A stretch of 64,000 bases of DNA from NCBI GenBank assembly GCA_963666315.2, contig CAXXHG010000010.1, positions 1 to 64,000 of the forward strand. The letters run 5' to 3'. Shown in pieces: positions 51,666 to 62,475 of the stretch. The translations under genes were made by a program, and so were the position numbers. The notes below the pieces were generated by a model. It saw nothing but the letters and a program-made list of their open reading frames with translations. It had not been told where the DNA came from and searched no databases. Position 1 is the first letter of the stretch; every line of letters starts with the position of its first letter. Source of the stretch: Candidatus Binatia bacterium (GTDB lineage: Bacteria > Desulfobacterota > Binatia > Bin18).

Positions 51666-52379
51666 CTACGACTCTGATTTTTCTTCCTCTTGGCTGTGCG
51701 GGCTCGGTGGGGCCTTGGAAACTGTGACCATGGCCGGTCGCAGCAGCCGCTCATGGAGTTGGTAGCCAGGCTGATGCTCATCAACCACGGTGTTCGGAGT
51801 GAGTTGTGCGTTTTCAACTTGGGCCACGGCTTGATGCTTGGTCGGATCAAAGATTTCATCCTTTGCCTTCATACGACACACACCATGTTTCTCCAGTGCT
51901 TCAAGAAACGAACGCAATACCAATTCCACGCCTTCCACCAGCGCCTGGCCATTCTCGTTCCCTTCGGTATGTTTCACCGCTCGCTCAAGATTATCGACCA
52001 CGGGCAGGATATCGCGCACAAGCGGCTCAACAGCAAAGCGCAGGGACTCACTCTTCTCGCGCTGCATTCGACGTTTAAAATTTTCGAGTTCGGCTCGTTC
52101 TCGAACAAAAAGGTCGTAATTCGCCTGTGCTTCTGCTGCTTTTTCTTCAAGTTCGGCCTGCAGGACCGCAATATCTCCCTCAGTCTCCTCAGTCTCCCCG
52201 GCCTGTTGTTCCGCTTGGTCTGCAGTCTGCTCAGACGTACTCTCAGCCTGAGCGTCATTGGATGTTTGTTCTTGAGATGTTTGTTCTTGTTCTTGCTCTT
52301 GTTCTTGCTCTCGTTCTTGCTCTCGTTCTTGCGGCGTTTCAGCTTGAACGCTCTCTGGCTTTTCCATGCTCTCCCTCAT
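51666..52379 (-). CDS. grpE: Nucleotide exchange factor GrpE
   Basis: AELENFKRR, DNLERA, FDPTKHQA, GYQLHERLLRPAMV. QE-repeat N-terminus. Confidence 0.95.
   Translation of the reverse strand: MRESMEKPESVQAETPQEREQEREQEQEQEQEQTSQEQTSNDAQAESTSEQTADQAEQQAGETEETEGDIAVLQAELEEKAAEAQANYDLFVRERAELENFKRRMQREKSESLRFAVEPLVRDILPVVDNLERAVKHTEGNENGQALVEGVELVLRSFLEALEKHGVCRMKAKDEIFDPTKHQAVAQVENAQLTPNTVVDEHQPGYQLHERLLRPAMVTVSKAPPSPHSQEEEKSES
52281..52331 (-). repeat. Hexamer tandem repeats encoding QEREQEREQEQEQEQEQ
   Basis: CAAGAA/CGAGAG/CAAGAG units in grpE. Confidence 0.75.
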
Positions 52380-52490
52380 TTACTCTTGATCCTGTACTCA
52401 TGAACCTGTCGCGCCTATAAGGTTTTCCGAATCTCGCACTTTCTTATATTTATCGTGTATTTATGGTAGGGAAGACGGGAAGCTGCAGGA

Positions 52491-52519
52491 AATGTAAGAA
52501 TCGCTCCCCAGACTGTCAA
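52491..52519 (-). promoter_or_regulatory. Sigma70-type promoter for grpE-dnaK-dnaJ
   Basis: TTGACA-17 nt-TACATT on the minus strand. Confidence 0.6.
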
Positions 52520-52526
52520 GGCAAAA

Positions 52527-53324
52527 ATGCGAGAAGAGCGTACTCAGGCCATAGTCCTCCGTACTCGAGTACATGGCGAATCAGATAAGATTGTAACATT
52601 TCTTACCCAAGACTGGGGGAAAGTCACCGGGATCGCGAAAGGGGCAAAGCGCTCACGTCGTCGTTTCGTCAATGTTCTTGAGCTCTTTACACATGTCGCA
52701 TTGCGATTCCGGCCGACCAGATCAGACGGATTAGCCTTTATTTTGGGCTGCGATTGGCTACAAACCTTTCGCAGTCCGAGTCAAGACCTGAAAAAATTTG
52801 CCTGTGCCAGCTATATGACCGAGCTCACTGACGTCATGGTTGCCGGGCGTGAGGCCGGTCAGGAAATATATTTGCTGCTCCTGCACAGCCTGTCCGCGCT
52901 GGAAGACCACCCCGCCCTGCCTGCCCTTTTTCTGCCCGCTTTTGAGCTTCGGCTGCTCATCGACGTGGGTTACGCCCCGAATATGACCGACTGCCAGTTA
53001 TGTGCTACCGCCCTGACGCCTGACGCTCACACCCTGGCCTTTTCTCCCAGTCTGAGCGGCCTCGTCTGCCCGCAGTGCACCGCCCAGGCAGGGGCGACAT
53101 TTCGGCTTTCACCTGAGACCCTGATGCTATTTCAGGTCTGGCTCGCAAGCCAACAGTCAGTATTCCCTCTTCCCGATATTTCCCTGCGCGTAGCCCAAGA
53201 AACGCGCGCCCTGGTTTCTCGTCTCCTCGCTCAGCATCTGCCACGACCACTCAAATCAACGACTTTTCTTGATCAAATGTATATTTCCCCTCACGTTTCC
53301 ATTGACGATCTTCAGACAGGGTGA
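52527..53324 (+). CDS. recO: DNA repair protein RecO
   Basis: GESDKIVTFLT, AKGAKRS, FELRLL..GYAP, CxxC..CxxC. Confidence 0.92.
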   Translation: MREERTQAIVLRTRVHGESDKIVTFLTQDWGKVTGIAKGAKRSRRRFVNVLELFTHVALRFRPTRSDGLAFILGCDWLQTFRSPSQDLKKFACASYMTELTDVMVAGREAGQEIYLLLLHSLSALEDHPALPALFLPAFELRLLIDVGYAPNMTDCQLCATALTPDAHTLAFSPSLSGLVCPQCTAQAGATFRLSPETLMLFQVWLASQQSVFPLPDISLRVAQETRALVSRLLAQHLPRPLKSTTFLDQMYISPHVSIDDLQTG

Positions 53325-53338
53325 TAAGGCTTCGCGCT

Positions 53339-54652
53339 ATGCCTGTCTCCATGGAAAAAGTGGTTAATCTGAGCAAACGACGTGGGTTTGTGTATCCCTC
53401 AAGCGAAATATACGGCGGTTTTGCCAGCACTTGGGATTACGGACCGCTCGGGGTTGAACTCAAGCGTAATATACGCGACGCGTGGTGGCGCTATATGGTC
53501 ACCGCTCGAGAAAATGTTGTCGGGATCGAGACTTCGGTTCTCATGCACCCTCAGGTTTGGGAAGCCTCGGGTCATATCGAGGGATTCTCTGACCCTCTGG
53601 TCGACTGTCGCTCATGCAAACGACGTTTCCGAGCCGATCATATCCCAGCGCTGGAAGACCGCGCCTGCCCCAAGAAGATGGAGTGCGATTTCACAGATTC
53701 CCGGCAGTTTAATCTCATGTTCAAGACCTATGTCGGCCCGGTTGAGGATGACGCGTCCGTGGCCTTCCTTCGTCCAGAGACGGCCCAGGGCATGTTTGTC
53801 AATTTCCTCAATGTTCAGCACTCCAGCCGTATGAAGCCGCCTTTCGGCATCGCTCAAACAGGCAAGTCGTTCCGGAATGAGATTACGCCCGGCAACTTCA
53901 TCTTCCGGACGCGCGAATTCGAGCAAATGGAAATGGAGTTTTTCGTTAAGCCCGGCACGGATGACGAATGGTTTGACTATTGGCGTGAGCAACGGATCAA
54001 TTGGTATAGTGACTGCCTGGGTATCAAAGCGGCGAATCTGCGTTTCTACCACTATGAAAAAGAGGAGCTGGCCCATTACGCTAAAGCATGCTCGGATATC
54101 GAGTATCAATTCCCATTTGGCTGGGCAGAACTCGAAGGCATTGCCAGCCGAACGGACTTTGACCTGGGTCGACACGCCGCATCCAGCGGCAAGGATCTGC
54201 GCTTTTTTGATGAAGAGACACGAGAACGCTATCTGCCCTACGTCATCGAGCCGGCAGTCGGCGTTGACCGGATTGTGCTCGTTGTTCTCCTGGACGCCTA
54301 TGACGAAGACGTCCAGGACGAAGAGGAGCGAGTTGTGCTGCGTTTGCATCCAAAACTGGCGCCTATCAAAGTCGGCATTTTTCCGCTGTTACGTAAAAAA
54401 GGGCATCCGGAGAAGGCGCAAGAAATTCGGGATGTCCTCCAGCAGCATTTTGCCGTTTTTTACGATCAGGCCGGCTCCATCGGTCGCCGTTATCGTCGCC
54501 AGGACGAAGTCGGAACACCCTTTGGGATCACGGTTGATCACCAAACGATGGTGGATCAGACAGTCACGCTGCGCGACCGGGACTCGACTGAACAGATCCG
54601 GCTCCCGATTGACCGACTCGTTGCCGAACTGGCCGGGCGCCTCGAAGGGTAG
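53339..54652 (+). CDS. glyQS: Glycine--tRNA ligase, homodimeric type
   Basis: KRRGFVY, LRPETAQG, FRNEITP, REFEQME, GSIGRRYRRQDEVGTP. Confidence 0.95.
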   Translation: MPVSMEKVVNLSKRRGFVYPSSEIYGGFASTWDYGPLGVELKRNIRDAWWRYMVTARENVVGIETSVLMHPQVWEASGHIEGFSDPLVDCRSCKRRFRADHIPALEDRACPKKMECDFTDSRQFNLMFKTYVGPVEDDASVAFLRPETAQGMFVNFLNVQHSSRMKPPFGIAQTGKSFRNEITPGNFIFRTREFEQMEMEFFVKPGTDDEWFDYWREQRINWYSDCLGIKAANLRFYHYEKEELAHYAKACSDIEYQFPFGWAELEGIASRTDFDLGRHAASSGKDLRFFDEETRERYLPYVIEPAVGVDRIVLVVLLDAYDEDVQDEEERVVLRLHPKLAPIKVGIFPLLRKKGHPEKAQEIRDVLQQHFAVFYDQAGSIGRRYRRQDEVGTPFGITVDHQTMVDQTVTLRDRDSTEQIRLPIDRLVAELAGRLEG

Positions 54653-54841
54653 GAACCTCGCGTTAACCTCAGGCTACGCACGACTCGGTTGATCATCGTT
54701 TCACATATTGTCACATAGCCCCGTTTTTTCCTTGTCTGCCTGTTGTTAGGATGGCCTCTTGCCGGGGATTGCAGGGCATGCCTTCTTTTTCTCAGCGGAG
54801 GCTATATATACGCAGCATTTCTGAAGTAACGGATTCGACTT

Positions 54842-57697
54842 ATGGCTAATCAGAAAATGAACGCAATGAACGGGAAACAAAAACGATTGCGCCGCAAGCG
54901 TTACGTCTACTCTTTCGGTAGCGGGCAAGCTGACGGAGACGCCAGTATCAATTGGTTACTCGGTGGCAAAGGAGCCAACCTGGCGGAAATGGCAGGCCTC
55001 GGGCTCCCGGTTCCCCCAGGCATGACTCTCACGACTGAAGTCTGCAGCCACTATTATACCTATGGCCACACATACCCACCGGAACTCTCCCAGCAGGTGC
55101 GTACCGGGCTGAGACGGATCGAGAAGATCATCGGCCGTCGCTTCGGGAGTGCCACGAATCCCCTCCTGTTGTCGATCCGCTCTGGCGCGCGGGTCTCCAT
55201 GCCCGGCATGATGGATACGGTTCTCAACCTGGGCCTGAATGACACCGCAGTCCAGGGATTGATGAAGCAATCCGGGAGTCCGCGCTTTGCCTACGACTGC
55301 TACCGCCGCTTTGTCCAGATGTACGGAGACGTTGTGCTCGGGCTGAAGCCTGAATCGAAGGCGGACCGCGATCCGTTTGAGCAAATCATTGAAAAGAAAA
55401 AGAGTGCTCAGGGTATCGAGCTCGATACCCAATTGACCGCTGAGGATTTGCACGATCTCGTGACCGCATTCAAAAACCTGATCCAAGAGCGACTCGGGCT
55501 CCCGTTTCCCGAAGACCCGCATGATCAGCTCTGGGGAGCAATCGGCGCGGTTTTTGGCTCGTGGAATAATGCGCGGGCGGTCACGTACCGGAAAATCGAA
55601 AATATCCCGGCTGAATGGGGCACCGCGGTCACGATCCAGACCATGGTTTTCGGCAACCTGGGAGAGGGTTGCGCTACGGGAGTCGCGTTTACCCGTGATC
55701 TCTCAACCGGAGCAAAAGAGCTGAATGGGGATTTTCTCATTAATGCCCAGGGAGAGGACGTTGTGGCCGGTATTCGGAACCCGCAGCAGATTACGCTCTC
55801 GGCTTCGCGACATCGCGCCCAGCGCGAAGGCCTCTCAGAAAAAGAGCGGAAAGAGCGCTATCCGGCTTTGGAAGAACAGCTGCCGGACTGTTTCAAACAA
55901 CTCCAAGCGGTGGCCCACACCCTGGAGTCGCACTATAACGACGCCCAAGATATTGAGTTTACCGCCGAGAACGGACAACTGTGGATGCTCCAGACTCGGA
56001 CCGCGAAGCGCACGGCAGCGGCCGCAGTACAAATCGCAGTTGATATGGTGTACGAAGGGCGCATTGATGAGGACAACGCTATCCTGCGCGTTGCTCCGGC
56101 CCAGCTCGATCAGCTCTTACATCCCATTCTAGATCCGGATGCGCCCAAAGATCCGATCGCCCGAGGGCTGCCGGCCTCTCCCGGCGCAGTCAGCGGAGAG
56201 GTGGTGTTTTCTGCCGAAGACGCCGAGACTGCGGCCACAGCCGGTCGCCAGGTCATCCTCGTCCGTCTTGAGACCTCACCCGAAGATATCAACGGTATGC
56301 ATGCCGCAGAGGGCATCCTCACCGTACGCGGCGGTGCCAGCTCTCACGCTGCGCTTGTCAGTCGCGGCATGGGGAAGTGTGCCGTTGTCGGCTGTGAGGC
56401 ACTGGAAATCGATTATGATCAGCAAGTGTTTCGTATCCGAGGACGAGACGAGGTCATCCGATTGGGCGACTTTATTACGCTCGACGGGTCAACGGGGGAA
56501 GTCTTCCTCGGCGAGGTTCCAACCAGCGCACCGAAAATTGAAAGTCCGGCATTTAAGGCATTAATGACCTGGGCGGATCGCGCGCGTCGCCTGCGTGTTC
56601 GAGCGAACGCCGACACCCCACATGATGCCCAGGTTGCGCGCGCCTTTGGCGCGGAGGGCATAGGTCTGTGCCGAACGGAGCATATGTTCTTCGAGGGCGA
56701 TCGAATCGATGCCGTACGAGAAATGATTCTTGCCGATGACACCGCTGCGCGTGTCCGTGCATTAGAGAAGATCTTTCCGATGCAGCGATCGGATTTTTTC
56801 GCCATCCTGCGTATCATGGAAGACCTGCCGGTGACCATCCGCCTGTTCGATCCGCCCTTGCATGAATTTCTGCCTCAGACGGACGAGGATCTTGAAGACC
56901 TGGCAAGAAAACTCAACGTTTCGACGGAGCGGTTACGGACTAAACGCAACGTCTTATACGAACTGAACCCGATGCTCGGACATCGTGGCTGTCGGCTGGG
57001 TATTACATTTCCAGAGATTTATGAAGCCCAAGTACGAGCGATCATGGAAGCCGCGTGTGAACTCACACGGGAAGGGGTCGAGGTTCAACCTGAAATCATG
57101 GTGCCGCTTGTCGGCCACAAACGCGAACTCGAAATCTTACGCGAGCGGATCGCTCGTGTTTGCGCTGAAGTCATCTCAGCCCAAGGAGCGACCCCCCAGT
57201 ATACGATTGGGACAATGATTGAAGTTCCTCGGGCAGCGCTACGGGCTGACCACATTGCCGAAGTGGCGGACTTCTTTTCCTTTGGGACAAACGACTTGAC
57301 GCAAATGACACTGGGTTTAAGCCGTGATGATTCCGGGAGATTTCTGCCCGAGTACGTCGCGCAAGGCATTTTCCCCCAAGACCCATTTGCGACACTCGAC
57401 CAAGACGGCGTGGGTCAGTTAATCGAACTCGCCGTCAAAAGGGGACGCGCCATCCGAGAGGGATTAAAAATCGGCATTTGCGGTGAGCATGGCGGGGACC
57501 CGGCCTCTATCGAATTTTTCCACGGCATAGGCTTAGACTATGTATCCTGCTCGCCCTATCGTGTTCCTATTGCTCGCCTGGCTGCAGCGCATGCCGTCCT
57601 CAAGGAACAGGCGGCCCAGAAGGCACAGGAGGTAAAAGCGCAGCGACCCTCGCGGAAGAAATCGACCTCGACACCCAGCGTTGCGCCTAGCCCTTAG
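54842..57697 (+). CDS. ppdK: Pyruvate, phosphate dikinase
   Basis: LGGKGANLAEM, SMPGMMDT, GGASSHAA, GLCRTEHMF, SFGTNDL, CGEHGGDP. Confidence 0.97.
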   Translation: MANQKMNAMNGKQKRLRRKRYVYSFGSGQADGDASINWLLGGKGANLAEMAGLGLPVPPGMTLTTEVCSHYYTYGHTYPPELSQQVRTGLRRIEKIIGRRFGSATNPLLLSIRSGARVSMPGMMDTVLNLGLNDTAVQGLMKQSGSPRFAYDCYRRFVQMYGDVVLGLKPESKADRDPFEQIIEKKKSAQGIELDTQLTAEDLHDLVTAFKNLIQERLGLPFPEDPHDQLWGAIGAVFGSWNNARAVTYRKIENIPAEWGTAVTIQTMVFGNLGEGCATGVAFTRDLSTGAKELNGDFLINAQGEDVVAGIRNPQQITLSASRHRAQREGLSEKERKERYPALEEQLPDCFKQLQAVAHTLESHYNDAQDIEFTAENGQLWMLQTRTAKRTAAAAVQIAVDMVYEGRIDEDNAILRVAPAQLDQLLHPILDPDAPKDPIARGLPASPGAVSGEVVFSAEDAETAATAGRQVILVRLETSPEDINGMHAAEGILTVRGGASSHAALVSRGMGKCAVVGCEALEIDYDQQVFRIRGRDEVIRLGDFITLDGSTGEVFLGEVPTSAPKIESPAFKALMTWADRARRLRVRANADTPHDAQVARAFGAEGIGLCRTEHMFFEGDRIDAVREMILADDTAARVRALEKIFPMQRSDFFAILRIMEDLPVTIRLFDPPLHEFLPQTDEDLEDLARKLNVSTERLRTKRNVLYELNPMLGHRGCRLGITFPEIYEAQVRAIMEAACELTREGVEVQPEIMVPLVGHKRELEILRERIARVCAEVISAQGATPQYTIGTMIEVPRAALRADHIAEVADFFSFGTNDLTQMTLGLSRDDSGRFLPEYVAQGIFPQDPFATLDQDGVGQLIELAVKRGRAIREGLKIGICGEHGGDPASIEFFHGIGLDYVSCSPYRVPIARLAAAHAVLKEQAAQKAQEVKAQRPSRKKSTSTPSVAPSP

Positions 57698-57787
57698 CCG
57701 CCTTGTCGACCAACATCTTCAGCTTTCCAGATATGTAGTATCGCCGGGTATGTAGTATCGACTTCATCGACTTTTTGGCTTTGCCCT

Positions 57788-58657
57788 ATGCGCACCCTCG
57801 CCGTAAGCGGAGAAACCCGAGTGGTCGGGATCTTTGGGCATCCGATTGCCCATACACGCTCACCGGCCATGCATAATGCCGCGTTCCGTGCACTCGGATT
57901 GCCGTACATCTATATCCCATTTTTGGTCCACCCGTCTGATCTCGGAAAAGCAACACAGAGCATCCGTAGCCTGAATTTGGTCGGCATCAATGTGACCGTA
58001 CCGCACAAGGAGAGTATTCTTCGCTATCTTGACGGCCTCAGCACAGAGGCAAAGCTGTGTGCGGCCGTGAACACCGTTATCAATCGCCAAGGCAGTCTGT
58101 ATGGAGAGAATACAGATAGCCGCGGATTCCTCCTGTCCCTCGAAGAGCGCCAGTTCTCGCTTCAGAATCGCGAGGTTGTGCTCATTGGCGCTGGAGGTGC
58201 GGCGCGCGCAGTCTTAGTCGCACTCGTTCGGGCTGGCAGTGCGCAGATTACGATCGTGAATCGTACCCAAGCCCATGCCAAAAAGCTCGCCCATACCTAT
58301 CAGTCGCTGGGACAAACCAGCATCCACACGGCCTCACTGGATATGCTCGGTGACGCCGCCCTGCTGAGACGTGCCGCTTTAGTCGTGAACAGCATTCCCC
58401 TCGGCCTTCACGGTGTAGCCTTCCCACCTCTCGACTACCGGGCGAGTCCACGCCGCTGTCTGTTTTATGACCTTGTCTACCACCCTGAACCCACGCTCTT
58501 TTTACAACGTGCATTGCAGGCTCGGCGGGCGACGCTAGACGGACGCCGCATGCTGTTGCACCAAGGAGCACTGGCATTCGAACTCTGGGTTCAGCAACCG
58601 GCCCCGCTACGCGTGATGTCACGTGCACTCGCACATGCGCTCCGCGACTCTGCCTGA
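57788..58657 (+). CDS. aroE: Shikimate dehydrogenase
   Basis: HTRSPAMHN, NVTVPHK, AVNT, NTD, GAGGAARA, MLLHQG. Confidence 0.94.
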   Translation: MRTLAVSGETRVVGIFGHPIAHTRSPAMHNAAFRALGLPYIYIPFLVHPSDLGKATQSIRSLNLVGINVTVPHKESILRYLDGLSTEAKLCAAVNTVINRQGSLYGENTDSRGFLLSLEERQFSLQNREVVLIGAGGAARAVLVALVRAGSAQITIVNRTQAHAKKLAHTYQSLGQTSIHTASLDMLGDAALLRRAALVVNSIPLGLHGVAFPPLDYRASPRRCLFYDLVYHPEPTLFLQRALQARRATLDGRRMLLHQGALAFELWVQQPAPLRVMSRALAHALRDSA

Positions 58658-58770
58658 CTGCGCTTTTCCAGCGTAACCGTCTCCTCGGCTTGCAACTTAA
58701 TTTCTCAGCACTTCTGCCGATTTTTCCTCAGAGTAGAGAAATCAGCAGAGAGGGAGCACGGCAGAACAGT

Positions 58771-59094
58771 ATGGCTACTCGCCTAGGGGAGTTGCTTGTC
58801 CGTAAAGGCTATATTACCCCAGAACAGTTGGGGAAAGCCCGCGAAGCCCAAAAGCAACACGATGGTCCGCTGGCAGCCCACCTTGTCCGCTTGGGCTGTT
58901 TGACTGAAGAGGCGCTGCTCGCCTACTTACAGAAAGAGTATCGCCTGGCCCCCGTCGATCCCCTCGACATGGCCATTCCTGAGGAGGTCGTACAACTCAT
59001 TCCTCCCGCCCTGGCCAAGAAATACCACCTTCTGCCTGTCGAGCTGGTGGGATCGACGCTCACGATTGCCATGGAGGACCCGTCCAATCTCGTT
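58771..59094 (+). pseudogene. pilB: PilB N-terminal fragment
   Basis: MATRLGELLV (MshEN-like)...LTIAMEDPSNL, then an abrupt switch to pilC sequence. ATPase domain absent. Confidence 0.8.
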
Positions 59095-60050
59095 TATGCG
59101 AGCGCTCGAAATCTTGGCCCACCAGACAGAGAACAAGACCTTTGCCCGCATTATTGGCGAAGTCAAACATGATGTGGAAAGTGGTTCAGCGTTTGCTGAG
59201 TCTCTGACCAAGCATCCAAAGATCTTTGATACACTCTATACCAGGTCTCAGCTGGCGAGATCGGCGGCATCCTCGACACCATCCTTACCCGTCTGGCCGC
59301 CTATATGGAGAAAGCGGTCAGACTCAAGTCAAAAATAAAAGCGCCATGATTTACCCAATCAGCATCGTCAGCGCGGCCCTGCTGGTCACCTCGATTCTGC
59401 TGATCTGCGTCATCCCGGTATTCAGCGACATGTTTAGCAGCTTTGGCAAAGAACTCCCCCTGCCGACACAAATCGCGATGAATCTCACTTATGTGACGAT
59501 TGCCTATTTTTGGTACATCGTCGCCGCGATCGTCAGCACCGTCGTAGGCATACGCACGTACTACCGCACCGAACGCGGACAAGAAGTCATAGACGGGCTC
59601 TTACTCAAGCTGCCGATCTTTGGCGACATCTTTCGGAAGGCCGCGGTTGCGCGGTTCACGCGCACGTTGAGCACCCTGATCTCGTCCGGGGTTCCCATAC
59701 TCGACGCGCTGGCTATCACCAGAAAAACCGCGAGGAATATAGTCGTTGAAAATGCGGTATTTGCCGCGCGGCAGAGCATTACGGAAGGCAAGACGCTGAC
59801 GGACCCTCTTATCGAAAGTAAGGTCTTTCGGCCTATGGTGTGCCAGATGATCAACGTCGGCGAAACTACCGGCGCACTCGACTCGATGCTGTCAAAGATT
59901 GCCGACTTTTATGATGATGAGGTCGATACGGCCGTGTCGAATTTAACGGCTCTCATGGAACCCTTGGTTATTGTGTTTCTTGGCGTAGTAATCGGGGGCC
60001 TCGTTGTCGCAATGTATCTCCCCATATTCCAGCTTGGTTCTCCTTCCTGA
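59095..60050 (+). pseudogene. pilC: PilC platform protein, 5'-truncated with two frameshifts (about 59245 and 59340)
   Basis: VESGSAFAESL.KHPKIFD, GEIGGILD, SAMIYP, SSGVPIL, GETTGALD, EP..AMYLPIF. Confidence 0.85.
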
Positions 60051-62020
60051 CCTGCGCCGCCGTTTGCAGTGGTTTCTGCTTCTTCGGTTGGGGATTGCAA
60101 CCGGTTTACTCGCAGTCACAGGTTTCTTCAACTCTCGTGATGCAACCCTCCATATTCAAGCAGTTCAATCTGTGCAGGCCGTTCAGTTTCTTCCAGTCGC
60201 TCTTGCATTGACATATTTTGTGTCTCTTGTCTCCGGACTACTCCTCACCAGAGTGCGGAATCTTTCGGTCTTCTCTTATGTGCGGATGACGTTTGATACA
60301 CTCTTTGTGACCTGCATCGTGCTGTTAACGGGCGGACTCCAGAGTCCGTTCCCCTTTCTGTATCATCTCATCATTCTGAATGCGGCGTTACTCCTTTTTC
60401 GTCGTGGCGCAGTGGTGACAGCAACCCTCGCAGCCCTCAGTTACGGCCCGCTCAGCGGCCTGCCCCTCCCCTTTCACCAGGATTTTCACGCAGACCGGCT
60501 CAGCATCCATCTCATTGACCATTTAGCCTCTTTTTATTCCATTGCGTTTCTTGCCGGCTATTTGACCCACAAATTGCTCCGTACTGAAACGCTGCTGACA
60601 GAGTGGGAGCAGGACCTTGGACGCATGAAGTCCCTGTATCAGGGCGTTATTCACAACCTTGAAAGCGGTATTTTCGTCACAGACACGGACGGCGTTATCG
60701 AGTACGCAAATGATCCGAGGGGAGAAATTGTCAATACGGCTCCGCAGCTCCTGATTGGTCAGCGCGTTGAGGATGTTTTCCCCCTCCTGGAGACGTCAGG
60801 GCTTCCAGCCGCTCCGTTCGAGTTTTCTCTCCAAGGACAAGGAGAGGGCTCAAAAGAACGCAATGTACGTTTAACAAATTCATATATTCTTGATTCATAC
60901 CATACTAGAACTACTGTATAGTATTCAGGACGTTACCAGTGTGAAGGAACTTGAACGCACTCTCCAAGAAACGCAGAAGTTAGAGCGCCTGGAAACCAAA
61001 AGTGCCGACTCCTCAACAACCGCTCCAGTCGGATTAATCGGCCAAAGCGCAGCTATGCAATACGTCTACCAACTCGTGCATAAAGTCGCCCAGAGCACCG
61101 TTACCGTCCTCATAAGCGGTGAAAGTGGAACGGGCAAGAAAGTTGTTGCGCGGGCAAATCATACTCTGGGACCTCGTGCAACACAGGCCTTTGTGCCAGT
61201 CAATTGCGGCGCTATTCCGGACACTCTTATCGAAAGTGAACTCTTTGGATCGGTGAAAGGTACGTTTACGGGTGCGGTGCGGGACCGTCCGGGGCTCTTT
61301 CGTCAAGCGTATCGCGGGACGCTCTTTCTCGACGAGATAGGGGAATTGCCGCTCTGCTCGCAGGTGAAAATGCTGCGGGCGTTGCAAGAACGCGAAGTCA
61401 CTCCGGTTGGTGGCAATCACAGCAGCCCCGTCGACGTCCGTATCTTTGTTGCCACAAACAAAATCCTCGAAGAAGAGGTTGCAACCGGTCGCTTTCGCTA
61501 AGACCTGTATTACCGCCTCAATGTGCTCTCTATCCCGCTGCCAGCTCTGAGGACACGCGGCGGTGATTTACCGCTTTTGATGCACCGCTTCTTAGAGCAG
61601 TCGGCCACACAAAACGGGAGAGGCAGCCTGCATGTTTCTCCGCAGGCCATGCGCGTGCTTTTGGACTACGGCTATCCGGGCAATATTCGCGAGCTTGAGA
61701 ATATCATCCAGCATGCGGTGACGATGGCCGATGACAGCACCAGCCGTCTTGGCGACCTCCCGCAGCATCTGCAGCAGTTGTCAAAACGTCTCTCTGGCCC
61801 TGGCAGCTCCACCCTTTCAGACCAGTCAGTCTCAACACGGTCAGCGCTCAATTTTTTTCACAAAGGGGTGAGTCTTGATGCAGAACTCGAAGAATATGAG
61901 CGGCGCATTTTGCGGGCCGCTCTGGACCAGTCGGGAGGCGTGCAAAAAAGAGCAGCAGAAGCGTTAGGGATCAATTACCGCTCTCTGCGACATCGTTTGC
62001 GGAAATACGAACTGACCTAA
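60040..62020 (+). pseudogene. PilS-like TM+PAS region running into a PilR-like sigma54 activator (frameshift near 60910, TAG at 61499-61501)
   Basis: TGGLQSPFPFLY (PilS), PAS ending IQDVT, then GESGTGK, ESELFG..GTFTGA, FLDEIGE, GRFR*DLYYRLN, YPGNIRELEN and a Fis-type HTH. No HisKA/HATPase or receiver domain. Confidence 0.75.
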
Positions 62021-62335
62021 GAGGGGGTCTAATTAGTGTCTCTGTGGCCAAAGCCCGTGCGAAAGAGGCGTGACCAAGGCGCCCAAAGCAGCCATAGCCG
62101 CTGTGCTATGGCGATGGAGGGCAACGCGGGACACGCTAGTTACAGCCGGGCGACGCCCAGAATGGACTTTTTGGACACCCTCTAAGCCCGGCGGCTCTTC
62201 TTCTTTCCTGCCTTGCGCATTCTGCTTCCTGAAACTTATTTTCGTATTCTCGCTCTCCTAAAAAACCCCCCCTGCATGCCGATGGAATATACGAATCAGA
62301 AGAAACACGAAGAAACAATATGAACAATGGCATAA

Positions 62336-62360
62336 TTTGTCACTCGTGACATTTTTTGAC
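62336..62360. promoter_or_regulatory. Candidate enhancer (PilR-type UAS)
   Basis: TGTCAC-TC-GTGACA palindrome plus TTTTTTGAC, about 100 bp upstream of the sigma54 promoter. Confidence 0.45.
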
Positions 62361-62459
62361 CCCGGCTGAAAGCGCATACGCTTTGGACCTAAACAAGAAA
62401 ATACAGGAAATCCTAATGAATTCGCTGGCCAATATATTTTTCTATCAACCAGTGATGCA

Positions 62460-62475
62460 TGGCACGCGTGTTGCT
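62460..62475 (+). promoter_or_regulatory. Sigma54 promoter of pilin 1
   Basis: TGGCACG-CGTG-TTGCT matches the -24/-12 consensus. Confidence 0.85.

Noticed and set aside
38870-61501. Two in-frame TAG codons (38870 and 61499), both at Glu positions, suggesting amber recoding or pyrrolysine
   Set aside because: TAG is the normal stop of dnaK, dnaG, glyQS, ppdK and folE here. Both genes carry other lesions, and GAG>TAG is a single substitution.
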